Source: Desulfurococcales archaeon (lineage in GTDB: Archaea > Thermoproteota > Thermoprotei_A > Sulfolobales > NBVN01). Taken from it: a stretch of 64,000 bases of DNA. The stretch's first letter is position 1. Every line of letters starts with the position of its first letter. A program made the translations under genes and the position numbers. Shown here piece by piece: positions 18,933 to 29,098 of this stretch. The DNA is taken from positions 26,365 through 90,364 of the forward strand of contig JALWZB010000155.1 in the NCBI GenBank assembly GCA_027002995.1. The letters are read 5' to 3'. The notes under the pieces are model-generated. The model was not told where the DNA came from and did no database searches. It worked only from the letters and a program-made list of their open reading frames with translations.

Positions 18933-20366
18933 TTTCGGGCGAGTAGCCGCTACATCGTAGGGCGCTACACTACCCATGTCGTGATCCAGTACTACTAAGT
19001 CAGCTCTGCAGCCGGTACTTATGGTTGTGCCGCCGAAGGAGGGGTCACGCAGGTACATACGCACCGCACCCTCTAGGTTTAGGGCCTCCATGCGCGTGAC
19101 GTACTGTAGCATTCCTCGGGTGCAAACACATGAAATACCCAGATACGGGTTTAGGGGCTCTACGGGGTAGTCACTACTCCCGTAGAGAGTTAACCCTGAA
19201 TCAGAGAGGGTCTTGAAGGCATACAACCATCTTACCCTACTACCTAACCGACTCTCTGCCCACCAATCGCCCACCAGGAAATGCGGCTGAACCACGACAT
19301 CCCTAATAGTGTTCGAGAGACCATCAACTATGTCGGGTGGCGTGAGGGAGGCATGCTCGACCCTCACAGTCCTTCCGGGTTTAACCTGCTCAGCAAACTT
19401 GATAACCTCCTCAAGCGCACCATCACCGATTGCGTGAACCGCCAGCTTCAGTCCCATGCCGCGGGCAAGTCTCCACACCCCCTCAAGTAACTTAGAGCTC
19501 ATCAGTAACTTGCCCTTGGTGTCAGAGTCGCTGTACTTCTCCCTCAGGTAGGCGGTCCTCCCACCGAGCGAGCCGTCCGCGAACACCTTTACTCCCACTA
19601 CTAACCTATCCTCCTGTAGGGTGGGGTGACGCTTAGCGTCCTCAAGGCTTACGTAAGTAGCTACGTTGATTCCATCAACGTGCTGGATAGCTTCCTTCAG
19701 TATAGTTAGTGTTTCGTTGGTTACGCTCATGAAGTTTAAGTACAACACACCGTAGTCCCTATACGTTCTCAGAAGCTCAACTACTTCCTCCACAGCTTCC
19801 TCACGGGAAGGTCTAGGCAGTAGATTCCTGAGCATCGAAACACCGTCCTCAACAACCACGCCTGTGGGCCTACCATCCTCGAACTCCATGTAATCACGTA
19901 GCTTGTCGAATATGTTAGAGGATTGAGCCAACTTCAGAAGCGCCGTGTTAGCTACTGCAATATGTCCGCAGACACGTATAATTAGCGTGGGCACGGTTCC
20001 CGTTGCTTGATCTAGGTCCTCAGCCCTAGGCATCCTGCGCTCCGCGAAGGACTCATGATCCCACCCCCTACCCACTATGTAAGGCGGGTGGTGCCTGGCG
20101 ATAAATGATGCTATCCTGTTACGCAACTCACCTATACTATGAATTCCTCTAAGGTTAATCCCACACTTACCCTCGACAAATACGTGGGCATGGGACTCGT
20201 GAAGGGCTGGCAGAACTGTTGCCCCGCCCACATCAATCCTCTTAACGCCAGCGAGCGTGGATGCTAGTGAGTGCTCCCATCCAACCTTCTCTATCACACC
20301 ATTGGAATTGATTACTACGGTATCAGCTTCGACATCCCAGAGGTGTGCGTTAACTAGCGCATACAT
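18861..20366 (-). CDS. YtcJ-like amidohydrolase (amidohydrolase 3)
   Basis: LPALHESHAH, GRGWD, RVCGH, KVFADGSLGGRTA, HAIGD, RVEHAS, SSDYPVEP. Confidence 0.9.
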   Translation of the reverse strand: MYALVNAHLWDVEADTVVINSNGVIEKVGWEHSLASTLAGVKRIDVGGATVLPALHESHAHVFVEGKCGINLRGIHSIGELRNRIASFIARHHPPYIVGRGWDHESFAERRMPRAEDLDQATGTVPTLIIRVCGHIAVANTALLKLAQSSNIFDKLRDYMEFEDGRPTGVVVEDGVSMLRNLLPRPSREEAVEEVVELLRTYRDYGVLYLNFMSVTNETLTILKEAIQHVDGINVATYVSLEDAKRHPTLQEDRLVVGVKVFADGSLGGRTAYLREKYSDSDTKGKLLMSSKLLEGVWRLARGMGLKLAVHAIGDGALEEVIKFAEQVKPGRTVRVEHASLTPPDIVDGLSNTIRDVVVQPHFLVGDWWAESRLGSRVRWLYAFKTLSDSGLTLYGSSDYPVEPLNPYLGISCVCTRGMLQYVTRMEALNLEGAVRMYLRDPSFGGTTISTGCRADLVVLDHDMGSVAPYDVAATRPKLVVVSGRVIEVRNNVPSKLPGLQ

Positions 20367-20494
20367 TCGCTGTCGACCCTCACAAGTATTGCTACTAATC
20401 CTTATGAGGAGTTACGCTCAAGCCCATAGGGACTTGCTATCTACGTAGTTAAAGCTTTATACGATACCCGTACTCACAAAGAGGGTGACCTGTA

Positions 20495-21541
20495 GTGAAG
20501 GGAGTGAGTACTCTGCGTAGGGTGGTAGCCACTGCCCTAATGATTACAGTACTTACAACGGTATTCATGATGTCGCTTCAAACGCATGCAACTCAGTGGA
20601 GGTGGGAGACCGTAACCTCCTTGAAGGATCCTGTGGGCGACGATAAGGGCGTGGGGAATTACGTTTATCCTGAAGCTAGCGAATTCCGGAAAGGAGTGCT
20701 TGACCTCACGGGCTTTACGGCCAAGTTTAACAGGGGGTACGGCATTCAGTTCGTAGTTAACTTATCTAAGATAGGTGGTAACCCAAGGAACTTTAACACT
20801 GGTTTCAGCCTTCAGGAAATCCAGATATATGTTCATGCTAAGGATGGCGTGCCCGGAAGCATAAACACGTATGGACTCAACGTCGTTGTTAGGGGACCTG
20901 ACGCATGGCAATTCACCGTAATAGCCCCAGCGTACGCACCCCCATGGAACGCCACGATGGTGCTTATTTACGCTAACGGCACTGTGGTTAAGGACCCTGA
21001 AGGCGCTAACATTAGCGTAAAGGGCAACTCAATAGTGATTAACATCCCGATGAAGTACGTGAAGAGCTGGAGTGACAACATGAAGTACTGGAGGTACTTC
21101 GTCGCAGTAACGCCTTTCGACCCTAAGGAACCTTTCGGCGTCATGCGCCTAAGCACGACACCGGGCAAGGACGTCATCGGTAGTGTCAGTCCCTTGATGC
21201 TGGGTGCGGGTGTAGCACCGAAAATCATGGACCTACTAGCTCCTAACGCATCTGCGCAGTACCTAATGCTTAAATCGTATGACATCTCAAGCGGATCCCC
21301 CGCAGTAGTTGCTGCAGTCCCGTACGCCCAGAGCTACATACTGCCTCAACCGGTGAAGACCGCTACATTGACAGTAACGAAAACCAAGTCTACCACAGTA
21401 ACGCATTATGAGTACAGTACCGTAACAACAACTGTCACTAAACTGCATGAGTACTACGGTTCAATGACATGGGGATTAATGGGACTAGTCATCCTCCTTG
21501 CTATAGTGCTCGCAGTACTACTGGAGAGGAGTAGAAGGTAG
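20495..21541 (+). CDS. Membrane-anchored glucodextranase DOMON-like (carbohydrate-binding) protein
   Basis: Signal peptide, DPVGDDKGVGNYVYP, NP...GFSLQ.IQIY, P.IMDLL...Q..ML..Y, Thr-rich linker, C-terminal TM. Confidence 0.8.
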   Translation: MKGVSTLRRVVATALMITVLTTVFMMSLQTHATQWRWETVTSLKDPVGDDKGVGNYVYPEASEFRKGVLDLTGFTAKFNRGYGIQFVVNLSKIGGNPRNFNTGFSLQEIQIYVHAKDGVPGSINTYGLNVVVRGPDAWQFTVIAPAYAPPWNATMVLIYANGTVVKDPEGANISVKGNSIVINIPMKYVKSWSDNMKYWRYFVAVTPFDPKEPFGVMRLSTTPGKDVIGSVSPLMLGAGVAPKIMDLLAPNASAQYLMLKSYDISSGSPAVVAAVPYAQSYILPQPVKTATLTVTKTKSTTVTHYEYSTVTTTVTKLHEYYGSMTWGLMGLVILLAIVLAVLLERSRR

Positions 21542-21644
21542 AGTTCTTTTCCCCACACTGCCATGGTTACCACAGTAATGACATACTCCCCATATTGCTT
21601 CTGTTTATTACTTACATTAAGTAGTGTATACTTGGTGCAGGATT

Positions 21645-24032
21645 ATGCTTAGATTCTACCTCCTAGACACGAGCTATGAAGTTCTAGGGAAAACACCTGT
21701 AGTACTTATCTGGGCAATCAAGGATGACGGCACACCAATACTGATTAAGGATGATTCCTTCAGGCCATATTTCTATGCTTTACTCGAAGATAATGCCGAC
21801 GCCGAGGAGGTTGCTGGAAGAGTTAAGTCCCTCAGCCGGGCTGCCTCACCCATAATCAGTGTGGAGGTGGTTAGTAGGAAATACTACGGTAAGCCAGTTA
21901 AGGCCTTAAAGATAACCACTCAGATCCCTGAGTACGTCCGAACCTACAGAGAGGAAGTTAAGAGCTTGAAAGGCGTAAAGGAGGTTCTGGAGGCAGACAT
22001 CAGGTTTGCCATGAGGTACATTATTGACAAGGATCTTTCACCCTGTACGTGGTACGAGGTTGAGGCTGAAGGCCCGTTCAAAGATGAGAAATATAGGGTG
22101 GAAGAGGTTTACAGAGTAAGTAACCCAGTATACAAGCCGTTGCCGGAGAAGAAGTTCCCACCTAAGCTCAAGATACTCGCCTTCGATACTGAGGTTTACA
22201 ACCCAGCCGGTGCTCCGAGAAGCGATAAGGATCCCGTAATAATAGTTTCGCTTATGAACTCTAAAGGCGAAATTAAACTACTAACCGCCTCCGAAGGACC
22301 TAAAGGAGATCTCGAACTTCTCAAGGAATTCAAGGATTACGTGCTAACATACGACCCAGACATTATCGTCGGATACAACACCAGCGGGTTTGACTGGCCC
22401 TACCTGCTCGAACGCTCGAAAATCCTAGGTGTAAAGCTTGATGTAGGGAGAGTTAAGAATGCACCCCCAAGAACGTCCGCATACGGTCACATCTCCGTAC
22501 CAGGCAGGCTTAACGTTGATCTCTACGACTTTGCCGAGGAACTTTATGAAGTTAAGATAAAGTCACTTGATGAGGTCGCTGATTACTTAGGGGTTATGAA
22601 GAAGAGTGAAAGAACTCACGTGCCTTGGTACGAGATCTACAGGTATTGGGACGACCCTAAGAAGAGGGAAACCCTCCTCAAGTATGCACGGGATGACGTG
22701 GTGTCGACCATGGGACTCGCCGACAAGTTCTTACCCTTCGCCATGCAACTCTCAAGCCTCACAGGCTTACCACTGGATCAGGTTGGTGCAGCCTCGGTAG
22801 GATTTAGACTTGAGTGGTACTTGATCAGGGCCGCATATAAGTCGAAGGAACTGGTTCCCAACAGAGTTGAGAGACCTTACGAGCCATACAAGGGCGCCAT
22901 CGTGCTCGAGCCGATTAAGGGTGTGCATGAAAACGTGGCTGTCCTTGACTTCTCGTCAATGTATCCCAACCTAATGATTAAGTACAACATTGGACCCGAC
23001 ACGTTCGTAACGGGCGAATGCAGTGATGACGAATGCCACATCATACCAGGTCTCGGATATAAGTTCAGAAAGGAGCCGCCGGGATTCTTCAAGAGCGTCC
23101 TTCAAACGCTACTAACCTTGCGCAAGAAGGTCAAGGAGGAAATGAAGGCATACCCGCCTGATTCACCGGAGTACAGGCTACTTAACGAAAGGCAGAAGGC
23201 GTTGAAGGTGCTTGCTAACGCATCGTACGGATACATGGGGTGGGTCGGTGCTAGGTGGTACTTCCGGGAAGGGGCTGAGGCTGTGACTGCCTTAGGAAGG
23301 GCGACGATCATGCAGGCAATAAGGATAGCTAAGTCGTTAGGACTCAAAGTGATCTACGGAGACACTGACTCACTCTTCGTGAGCTACGATAAGTCTAAGG
23401 TTGAGGAATTCATAAGACGTATTGAGAAGGAACTCGGCTTAGAAATAAAGATCGATAAAGTATACAGGAGGGTGTTCTTCACCGAAGCCAAGAAAAGATA
23501 TGTGGGACTCACGGAGGACGGCAGGATAGACATAGTCGGGTTCGAGGCCGTCCGCGGTGACTGGACCGACATAGCGAAGGAAGTTCAGGAAGAGGTGGCT
23601 AAGATAGTCCTATCAACTGGAGGAACAAGGGACGCCATAGAGTATGTGAGGAATGTGATAAAGGAGTTAAGGTCGGGGAAGATACCTATAGAGAAGTTAA
23701 TAATATGGAAGTCAATCACTAGGAGACTTGAAGAGTACTCCGTTGACGCACCACATGTTGCTGCGGCAAGAAGGCTTCAGAAGATGGGGATTAAGGTCGA
23801 TGTTGGGAGTAAGGTGGGGTACGTGGTCGTTAAGGGTAGTGGAAACATATCGTCAAGAGCCTACCCGTACATGATGGTCAAGCCCAGCGACGTTGATGTG
23901 GAGTACTACGTAAAACACCAGATACTCCCTGCCGCACTCAGAATACTGTCGTACTTCGGAGTGACTGAAAAACAGCTTGAAGTTGCGGGTAAGGGCATGC
24001 GTACATTAATGGATTTCATGAAGAAGAAGTAA
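21645..24032 (+). CDS. polB3: Family B DNA polymerase (crenarchaeal PolB3 type)
   Basis: ExoI FDTE, ExoII YNTSGFD, ExoIII YARDD, DFSSMYP, KVLANASYGY, YGDTDS, KKRY; C-terminal PIP-like RTLMDF; no intein. Confidence 0.93.
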   Translation: MLRFYLLDTSYEVLGKTPVVLIWAIKDDGTPILIKDDSFRPYFYALLEDNADAEEVAGRVKSLSRAASPIISVEVVSRKYYGKPVKALKITTQIPEYVRTYREEVKSLKGVKEVLEADIRFAMRYIIDKDLSPCTWYEVEAEGPFKDEKYRVEEVYRVSNPVYKPLPEKKFPPKLKILAFDTEVYNPAGAPRSDKDPVIIVSLMNSKGEIKLLTASEGPKGDLELLKEFKDYVLTYDPDIIVGYNTSGFDWPYLLERSKILGVKLDVGRVKNAPPRTSAYGHISVPGRLNVDLYDFAEELYEVKIKSLDEVADYLGVMKKSERTHVPWYEIYRYWDDPKKRETLLKYARDDVVSTMGLADKFLPFAMQLSSLTGLPLDQVGAASVGFRLEWYLIRAAYKSKELVPNRVERPYEPYKGAIVLEPIKGVHENVAVLDFSSMYPNLMIKYNIGPDTFVTGECSDDECHIIPGLGYKFRKEPPGFFKSVLQTLLTLRKKVKEEMKAYPPDSPEYRLLNERQKALKVLANASYGYMGWVGARWYFREGAEAVTALGRATIMQAIRIAKSLGLKVIYGDTDSLFVSYDKSKVEEFIRRIEKELGLEIKIDKVYRRVFFTEAKKRYVGLTEDGRIDIVGFEAVRGDWTDIAKEVQEEVAKIVLSTGGTRDAIEYVRNVIKELRSGKIPIEKLIIWKSITRRLEEYSVDAPHVAAARRLQKMGIKVDVGSKVGYVVVKGSGNISSRAYPYMMVKPSDVDVEYYVKHQILPAALRILSYFGVTEKQLEVAGKGMRTLMDFMKKK

Positions 24033-24040
24033 GTCATTAA

Positions 24041-25237
24041 CTACTTCGTTAGGTCATCAAACGTCAATATCACTGTGTCTGCCGGTTTCTTAGTTATCGT
24101 CGCGACCCTAGCCCCTATTATGACCTTCACACCCTTAACAGAGCAGGCGTCCGCAACCCTCTGAGTAATTATTCCATCCATAACGACCGCATGGACTTTC
24201 TTGTCCGTCGTAACTAGGTAATCAACTATATCCTTAACTGGGATCCTCTCAAGAGGTTCCCACTTATCATTATATACTATTGCCTCGAGGGTACCACGTA
24301 GCGACTCTATATCTTTTAACACCTGAGTAGGTATGTGGAAAGTCTCCATCACTTCAGGTTTCGGTGTGATGGCAGCCTCCGGAAGTGTCACTGCCTTACT
24401 CACTTCCTGTGCTTTCTTTGCGGCCTGCATTTGCTGTAGGTACGTCTGCACAGGGACAGCATTCTTCAGAGCCTTCGCTATCTCCTTACCAGTTAGATCC
24501 TCAACCTCTCTCCCTGGCGGTGCTCTAGCTATGTAGTCTACCTTAGCGACCCGCAGGAGTTCCTTGAGTATAAGGTCCCCGGCATGGTCACCGTCTAGAA
24601 ATGCTATGGTTCTCTTCCTTCTCGATAACTTGATTACTGTATCGGGGATCTTCCCTTTAGCGCCTTCAATAGCGATCGCGTTCTTGTACCCGTACTTAAG
24701 CAGGTTGATTACGTCGGCCCTACCCTCCACGATTATCAACGTGTCTGACCTATCTACTTCTGGGCCCGCCACAAGTCCCTCTGGCCCATACTTTATGATG
24801 CCTCCGGCCTTCACGGAACTCTCTATTTCGTTCAGCACCTCACGCACGTCAACCGTCTTCTCACGGAACCATTTCTCTAGGATCTCCTTAGCACGCTCGG
24901 TAATCTTCTTGATTTTCTCGTACCTTAGATCCACTATGTCCACTACCCGTATCCGTGCATTGAATGGCCCAACCTTATCAACCATCTCTAGCATTGCCGC
25001 GACTAATGCCGTCTCCGCCTTATCGAGGTTGGAAGGCATCAGTATCTCCCCGAAGGTTTTCCCGCCTTGATGTTTGATGTCCACCGATATTCTTCCTATC
25101 CTGCCTTTATCCTGCAATTCCCTCAGGTCGAAGTCAGGTCCGAAGAGGCCCTCTGTTTGACCGAATATAGCCCCTATTATGTCTGATTTTTCGACCATGC
25201 CATCTACTTCTATCTTGGCTCTGATCATGTACTTCAT
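24041..25237 (-). CDS. dnaG: Archaeal DnaG (exosome-associated Toprim protein)
   Basis: MKYMIRAKIEVDGMVEKSDIIGAIFGQTEGL, IIVEGRADV, FLDGD; start placed at ATG 25237 after GAGGTGA. Confidence 0.95.
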   Translation of the reverse strand: MKYMIRAKIEVDGMVEKSDIIGAIFGQTEGLFGPDFDLRELQDKGRIGRISVDIKHQGGKTFGEILMPSNLDKAETALVAAMLEMVDKVGPFNARIRVVDIVDLRYEKIKKITERAKEILEKWFREKTVDVREVLNEIESSVKAGGIIKYGPEGLVAGPEVDRSDTLIIVEGRADVINLLKYGYKNAIAIEGAKGKIPDTVIKLSRRKRTIAFLDGDHAGDLILKELLRVAKVDYIARAPPGREVEDLTGKEIAKALKNAVPVQTYLQQMQAAKKAQEVSKAVTLPEAAITPKPEVMETFHIPTQVLKDIESLRGTLEAIVYNDKWEPLERIPVKDIVDYLVTTDKKVHAVVMDGIITQRVADACSVKGVKVIIGARVATITKKPADTVILTFDDLTK

Positions 25238-25453
25238 GTGAGCATCACCTCTTACGATGATGACTGATGAGTATCCACGATAGTTACACCTCAGAGTAAA
25301 TAAGCTAATTATGTTTCCCTTCTGGTTTTTCCAACTGTTGCTTAACCTACTCAGAACACTAAACTGGCTGTAAGTGTCCATGCAAGTCCAAGAGTGCCTC
25401 ATCCCCACTAATTATTAAGGGTGATTTCGAAGTGAATTATATAGGGTGTCTTC

Positions 25454-25603
25454 TTGACCGCGAACAACGTAAGTTATTACGATAGAACACATGCCCGAAG
25501 GAGATGCCGCGAATTATGTGCGGAATATGGCTTCTCAGGTGACGCTTTCAATAACTGTGTTAATGCCTGTTTGAAGGAACTCTTAAAAGAGAAGAGTCTT
25601 TAA
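25454..25603 (+). CDS. Small twin-CX3C protein (49 aa), not in the ORF track
   Basis: TTG start after GGGTG; (M)TANNVSYYDRTHARRRCRELCAEYGFSGDAFNNCVNACLKELLKEKSL. Confidence 0.6.
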   Translation: MTANNVSYYDRTHARRRCRELCAEYGFSGDAFNNCVNACLKELLKEKSL

Positions 25604-25658
25604 CGCGGTTAAAGTTTTAAGGAATAATACGTTAAACAAGGATAGCGGTGTATTTTAA

Positions 25659-26000
25659 ATGAAGAAACCCCCGTGCGAGTGGCGGGTTAGGGAATTAATT
25701 CCAGTAATAAGGGCGTCTATAGCGAAGATTCTAGTTGAGAAGCATGGTTATTCAATATACCAGGCATCTAAGGTTATGGGTGTTACCCCAGCTGCAGTAT
25801 CTAATTACCTTACTATGAAGAGATCTAAAGCAAACGTAGTTCAGGAGATTCTTAAAGATGAGAAATCCTCGAAACTAATTAATGAGTTCGTCAAGAAGAT
25901 GGTTGCTGGCGAACTAGAAGTTGGTGAGGCGCTGTGTGCTCTATGTAGGAGATTAGCAGATTGTGAAGTCATAAGGAGGATTATGCCACCTAACGAATAA
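25659..26000 (+). CDS. HTH transcriptional regulator (archaeal PPCE-type)
   Basis: KPPCE...IPVIRASIAK.LVEKHGYSIYQASKVMGVTPAAVSNYL..KR; C-terminal CxxC. Confidence 0.85.
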   Translation: MKKPPCEWRVRELIPVIRASIAKILVEKHGYSIYQASKVMGVTPAAVSNYLTMKRSKANVVQEILKDEKSSKLINEFVKKMVAGELEVGEALCALCRRLADCEVIRRIMPPNE

Positions 26001-26110
26001 TCCACGGTTTTTAAGAGAGAAATTAAATGTAAGGATCACGAAGTATTCTCTTTCCCAAGGCGGGTGATTAGGTTATATTAGTGACCCCCTACTAAGTCTT
26101 AGGTGTCTGA

Positions 26111-27547
26111 GTGAAGCTTTCCAGCATAGCTAAGGCAGTATGTGGCCTATTAACAGTGCTGGGCAGTCTGATGCTCACTGTGCCTTTTATAGATTATGTT
26201 TATCATGAGCCAATTAGCGAGTACTTCCTAGTTGCCGGTATTCTGTTGCTGGGTGTTGGATCCATATTAGGTCGTATAAGGGCTGAACCGTTAACGACAC
26301 TTGAGGCCTTGGTTACGGCTGCAATAGCGTGGTTTATCATACCTCTGATATCGGCAGTAGTGCTTTCACTACAGATAAACGTGGATTTCGTGGATGCGCT
26401 CTTCGAGTCCGTTAGTGGATTCACCGGTACGGGATTCACAGTTTTGACACCATCCCGCCTGAAGCACTCGATAATTTTCTGGAGATCCTTTATGCAATGG
26501 ACGGGTGAGCTAGGGTTCGTTGTATTCGCTATGGTGCTAATACCTTACTTCTACAAGATAGCGAGGACACTCTACGGCATAGAGCGTCCCGTAAAGCTGG
26601 AGACAACATTCTACCGGACAGCTATAAGGCTCATACTCATTTACCTACTATTAACGGTCCTCGGCACAGTGGCGTACGTATTAGCGGGTATGCCGTTCTT
26701 TGAGGCGCTGAATCACGTGATGACTACTGTGGCTACGGGAGGCATGTCCACATACGACAACGGGTATAACACTATCTATGCTTACGCTCCCGCAACCTAC
26801 TGGCCATTTATGATATTCATGATTCTGGGAGGTATGAATTTCATAGACCTTCACTCCATGTTCAGTGGGAAGATAAAGAGGCTAATTACATCCGAGGAAT
26901 TCAGGTACTACATTGGCTCGCTAATATTCATATCGCTTCTCGTCTCACTCTCCTACCACTACGCTGAGGGCGTAAAAAATTGGGTTGATGCATTTAAGAT
27001 AGGATTCTTCAACACAGTTTCGGGAATGACGACCACGGGCTTCAACATAGGATCCCTAGCTAATCTAAAGGACGTCACGAAAGCCCTAATAACGGTCGGC
27101 ATGTTCATCGGGGGCATGACGTTCTCGACAGCGGGTGGGATCAAGAGCTTAAGATTAATGCTCTTCATGAAGAAGTTAAAACACTATGTCCAATCAATGA
27201 TCTCACCATCCTCAATAGTGAGGGCAATATCAGTACATGGAAGAAGCGTCAGCGACACCGACATAGCCGCGGCATTACTCTTCATAGTAATCCATGGCAT
27301 CGTAGTCGTCTCGGCAGCCCTAGCGATATCAGCGTACGGATATTCTTTCACCGACGCACTATTCGAAACTACGTCAGCAGCAAGCTGCGTGGGATTAAGC
27401 GTAAACGTCGTTTCAAGCACGGCACCCACTGGCGTTAAACTAGTAATAACGGCAGTCATGCTGATGGGTAGAATAGAGTACCTTAACGTGTTCTTATTGC
27501 TGGCACTAATCTTTGGAAGGAAAACTATAGCCCTCACGCGTCAGTGA
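26111..27547 (+). CDS. trkH: Trk potassium uptake membrane protein
   Basis: FESVSGFTGTG, TTVATGG, SGMTTTGF, STAGGIK and ETTSAASCVGLS pore loops. Confidence 0.93.
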   Translation: MKLSSIAKAVCGLLTVLGSLMLTVPFIDYVYHEPISEYFLVAGILLLGVGSILGRIRAEPLTTLEALVTAAIAWFIIPLISAVVLSLQINVDFVDALFESVSGFTGTGFTVLTPSRLKHSIIFWRSFMQWTGELGFVVFAMVLIPYFYKIARTLYGIERPVKLETTFYRTAIRLILIYLLLTVLGTVAYVLAGMPFFEALNHVMTTVATGGMSTYDNGYNTIYAYAPATYWPFMIFMILGGMNFIDLHSMFSGKIKRLITSEEFRYYIGSLIFISLLVSLSYHYAEGVKNWVDAFKIGFFNTVSGMTTTGFNIGSLANLKDVTKALITVGMFIGGMTFSTAGGIKSLRLMLFMKKLKHYVQSMISPSSIVRAISVHGRSVSDTDIAAALLFIVIHGIVVVSAALAISAYGYSFTDALFETTSAASCVGLSVNVVSSTAPTGVKLVITAVMLMGRIEYLNVFLLLALIFGRKTIALTRQ

Positions 27548-27629
27548 TTCTGCGTATCACTGGACGAGCCAAATACTTTAGCAAAGCATTATTAATTCAG
27601 GGGCATTATAATCAGCTTAGGGAGAGCCA

Positions 27630-28274
27630 TTGAGAATCTTGATAATAGGGGGAGGGGGAGTAACTGAGGAATTACTGCGGGTCATTAACTTGAAACGTAA
27701 TCAGGTAATAGTTATCGAGAAAAGCCCGGAGCGGTGCTCGTCATTAAGTAGCCGATATGATGTGCTGGTAATTAATAAGGATGCGACTGACGTCTCCGTA
27801 TACACGTCCGACATCTCCATGAGCGAATTCGACGCTGTCCTCGCACTCACCGATAAGGATGAAGTCAATATCTTCGCATTAACCGTTGCTAAGCTCTACA
27901 AGATACCTTTCCGCCTAGCAAGGGTCAAGAACCCCAAGGTTGCTGAGCTAATCACGCAATTAGACCTCGGTGTGTCCATAACCTTACCCTCCGTGATAGC
28001 AGATGTTGTTAGATCTTACCTAGAGGCACTTAACGAGCCGAAAAGGCTTGCGTCATTCAAGGACTTCCACTTATTTATGTTGACTCTCTCTGAGACTGAT
28101 AAGGTCGTGAATAAGAGGATCAAAGATCTAGACCTTCCTGAGGACGTCGATATACTACTAATTTTTGATGGGACTGGCTTTAAGGTTCCTCATAAGGATG
28201 ACGTCTTGCTTAATGGGTACCAACTCTTAGTTATATCTCGCGGCAGTGATGTAGTTAAAGTTTTCAAGGGTTAG
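27630..28274 (+). CDS. trkA: TrkA RCK regulatory subunit
   Basis: IIGGG, DAT, ALTDKDEVN; TrkA-C domain; adjacent to trkH. Confidence 0.88.
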   Translation: MRILIIGGGGVTEELLRVINLKRNQVIVIEKSPERCSSLSSRYDVLVINKDATDVSVYTSDISMSEFDAVLALTDKDEVNIFALTVAKLYKIPFRLARVKNPKVAELITQLDLGVSITLPSVIADVVRSYLEALNEPKRLASFKDFHLFMLTLSETDKVVNKRIKDLDLPEDVDILLIFDGTGFKVPHKDDVLLNGYQLLVISRGSDVVKVFKG

Positions 28275-28286
28275 GGGGTTGCTTAA

Positions 28287-29081
28287 ATGCCCGAACTATT
28301 TAACTTAACGGGCTGGGCAGCGAATTCCTCAGCGTTCGAGGAGTGGATAATATATGTCTTCATATTTATTGCGGTAGTGTTACTGATTCGCTACCTAATA
28401 TCGTGGTTCGTCTCGACACTGCGTCAGAGAGGCATAATCTCTGCCAGCACGAAATCCATGCTCATAAGGATCTTGGACCTAATAGTGATAATCGTCGTCA
28501 TACTAGGCGTTGTGGAGTCGCTGACAGCTTCGCTGACACCTTACATCGTCGTTATAGCTTTAGGTATAATGCTGTTTATCTTATTCTATTACGAGATAAG
28601 GGAATTCACAGCATTCATAACGATCCAGCTTCAGAAATACGCGCGAGGGACGTGGATAGAAGTGTATCTACCTGGCCAGATAAGGCCTATTAGGGGGAGA
28701 ATAATTGACATTGAGCCCTTCAACTCGGTCCTTGAAGACCTCTACGGGAGCAGGGTATACTTAGCTAATTCGGTGCTTGTTAATGCCCTGATAAGAGAGT
28801 ACACACCATGCGTTACGATGAGGATAAGCATAGATCAGCCTCAAAGCATAACGTTAGACGACATGCTGAGCGTTATAAAGGACGCGATAAGAGGCACCCC
28901 GTTCAGAATGGATGAAACCAGGACACCCATAAATTCCATCGGAGGGAATCGTCTAACATTTACGTTGAGGTTAATACCGCTATCAACGCCAGTGAGGTCA
29001 ACCGACCTCTATAAACTCATGCGTAGGATCAGTAACGTCCTATCCAACTATAATCCCTACATTGAAATAGTTGAGAAATAA
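28287..29081 (+). CDS. MscS-family mechanosensitive channel-like protein
   Basis: Three TM helices, then G.WIEV...GRIIDI......EDLYGSRVYLANS beta domain. Confidence 0.7.
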   Translation: MPELFNLTGWAANSSAFEEWIIYVFIFIAVVLLIRYLISWFVSTLRQRGIISASTKSMLIRILDLIVIIVVILGVVESLTASLTPYIVVIALGIMLFILFYYEIREFTAFITIQLQKYARGTWIEVYLPGQIRPIRGRIIDIEPFNSVLEDLYGSRVYLANSVLVNALIREYTPCVTMRISIDQPQSITLDDMLSVIKDAIRGTPFRMDETRTPINSIGGNRLTFTLRLIPLSTPVRSTDLYKLMRRISNVLSNYNPYIEIVEK

Positions 29082-29098
29082 TTAAGCCTCCCAACACA

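Noticed and set aside
21645..24032. Intein in PolB or the helicases
   Set aside because: Lengths and motif spacing are normal; no intein terminal motifs
25238..25408. 57-codon N-terminal extension of DnaG, and a TGATGA/CTGA cluster at 25257-25270 as a possible C/D sRNA
   Set aside because: Conserved MKY start has its own SD; the boxes are adjacent with no guide spacing or terminal D box
27110..27120. GGGGGCATGAC in trkH complementary to the D' guide region of the 43228 sRNA (also present at 43630-43640)
   Set aside because: A 10-11 nt match is too short to distinguish from chance without methylation data
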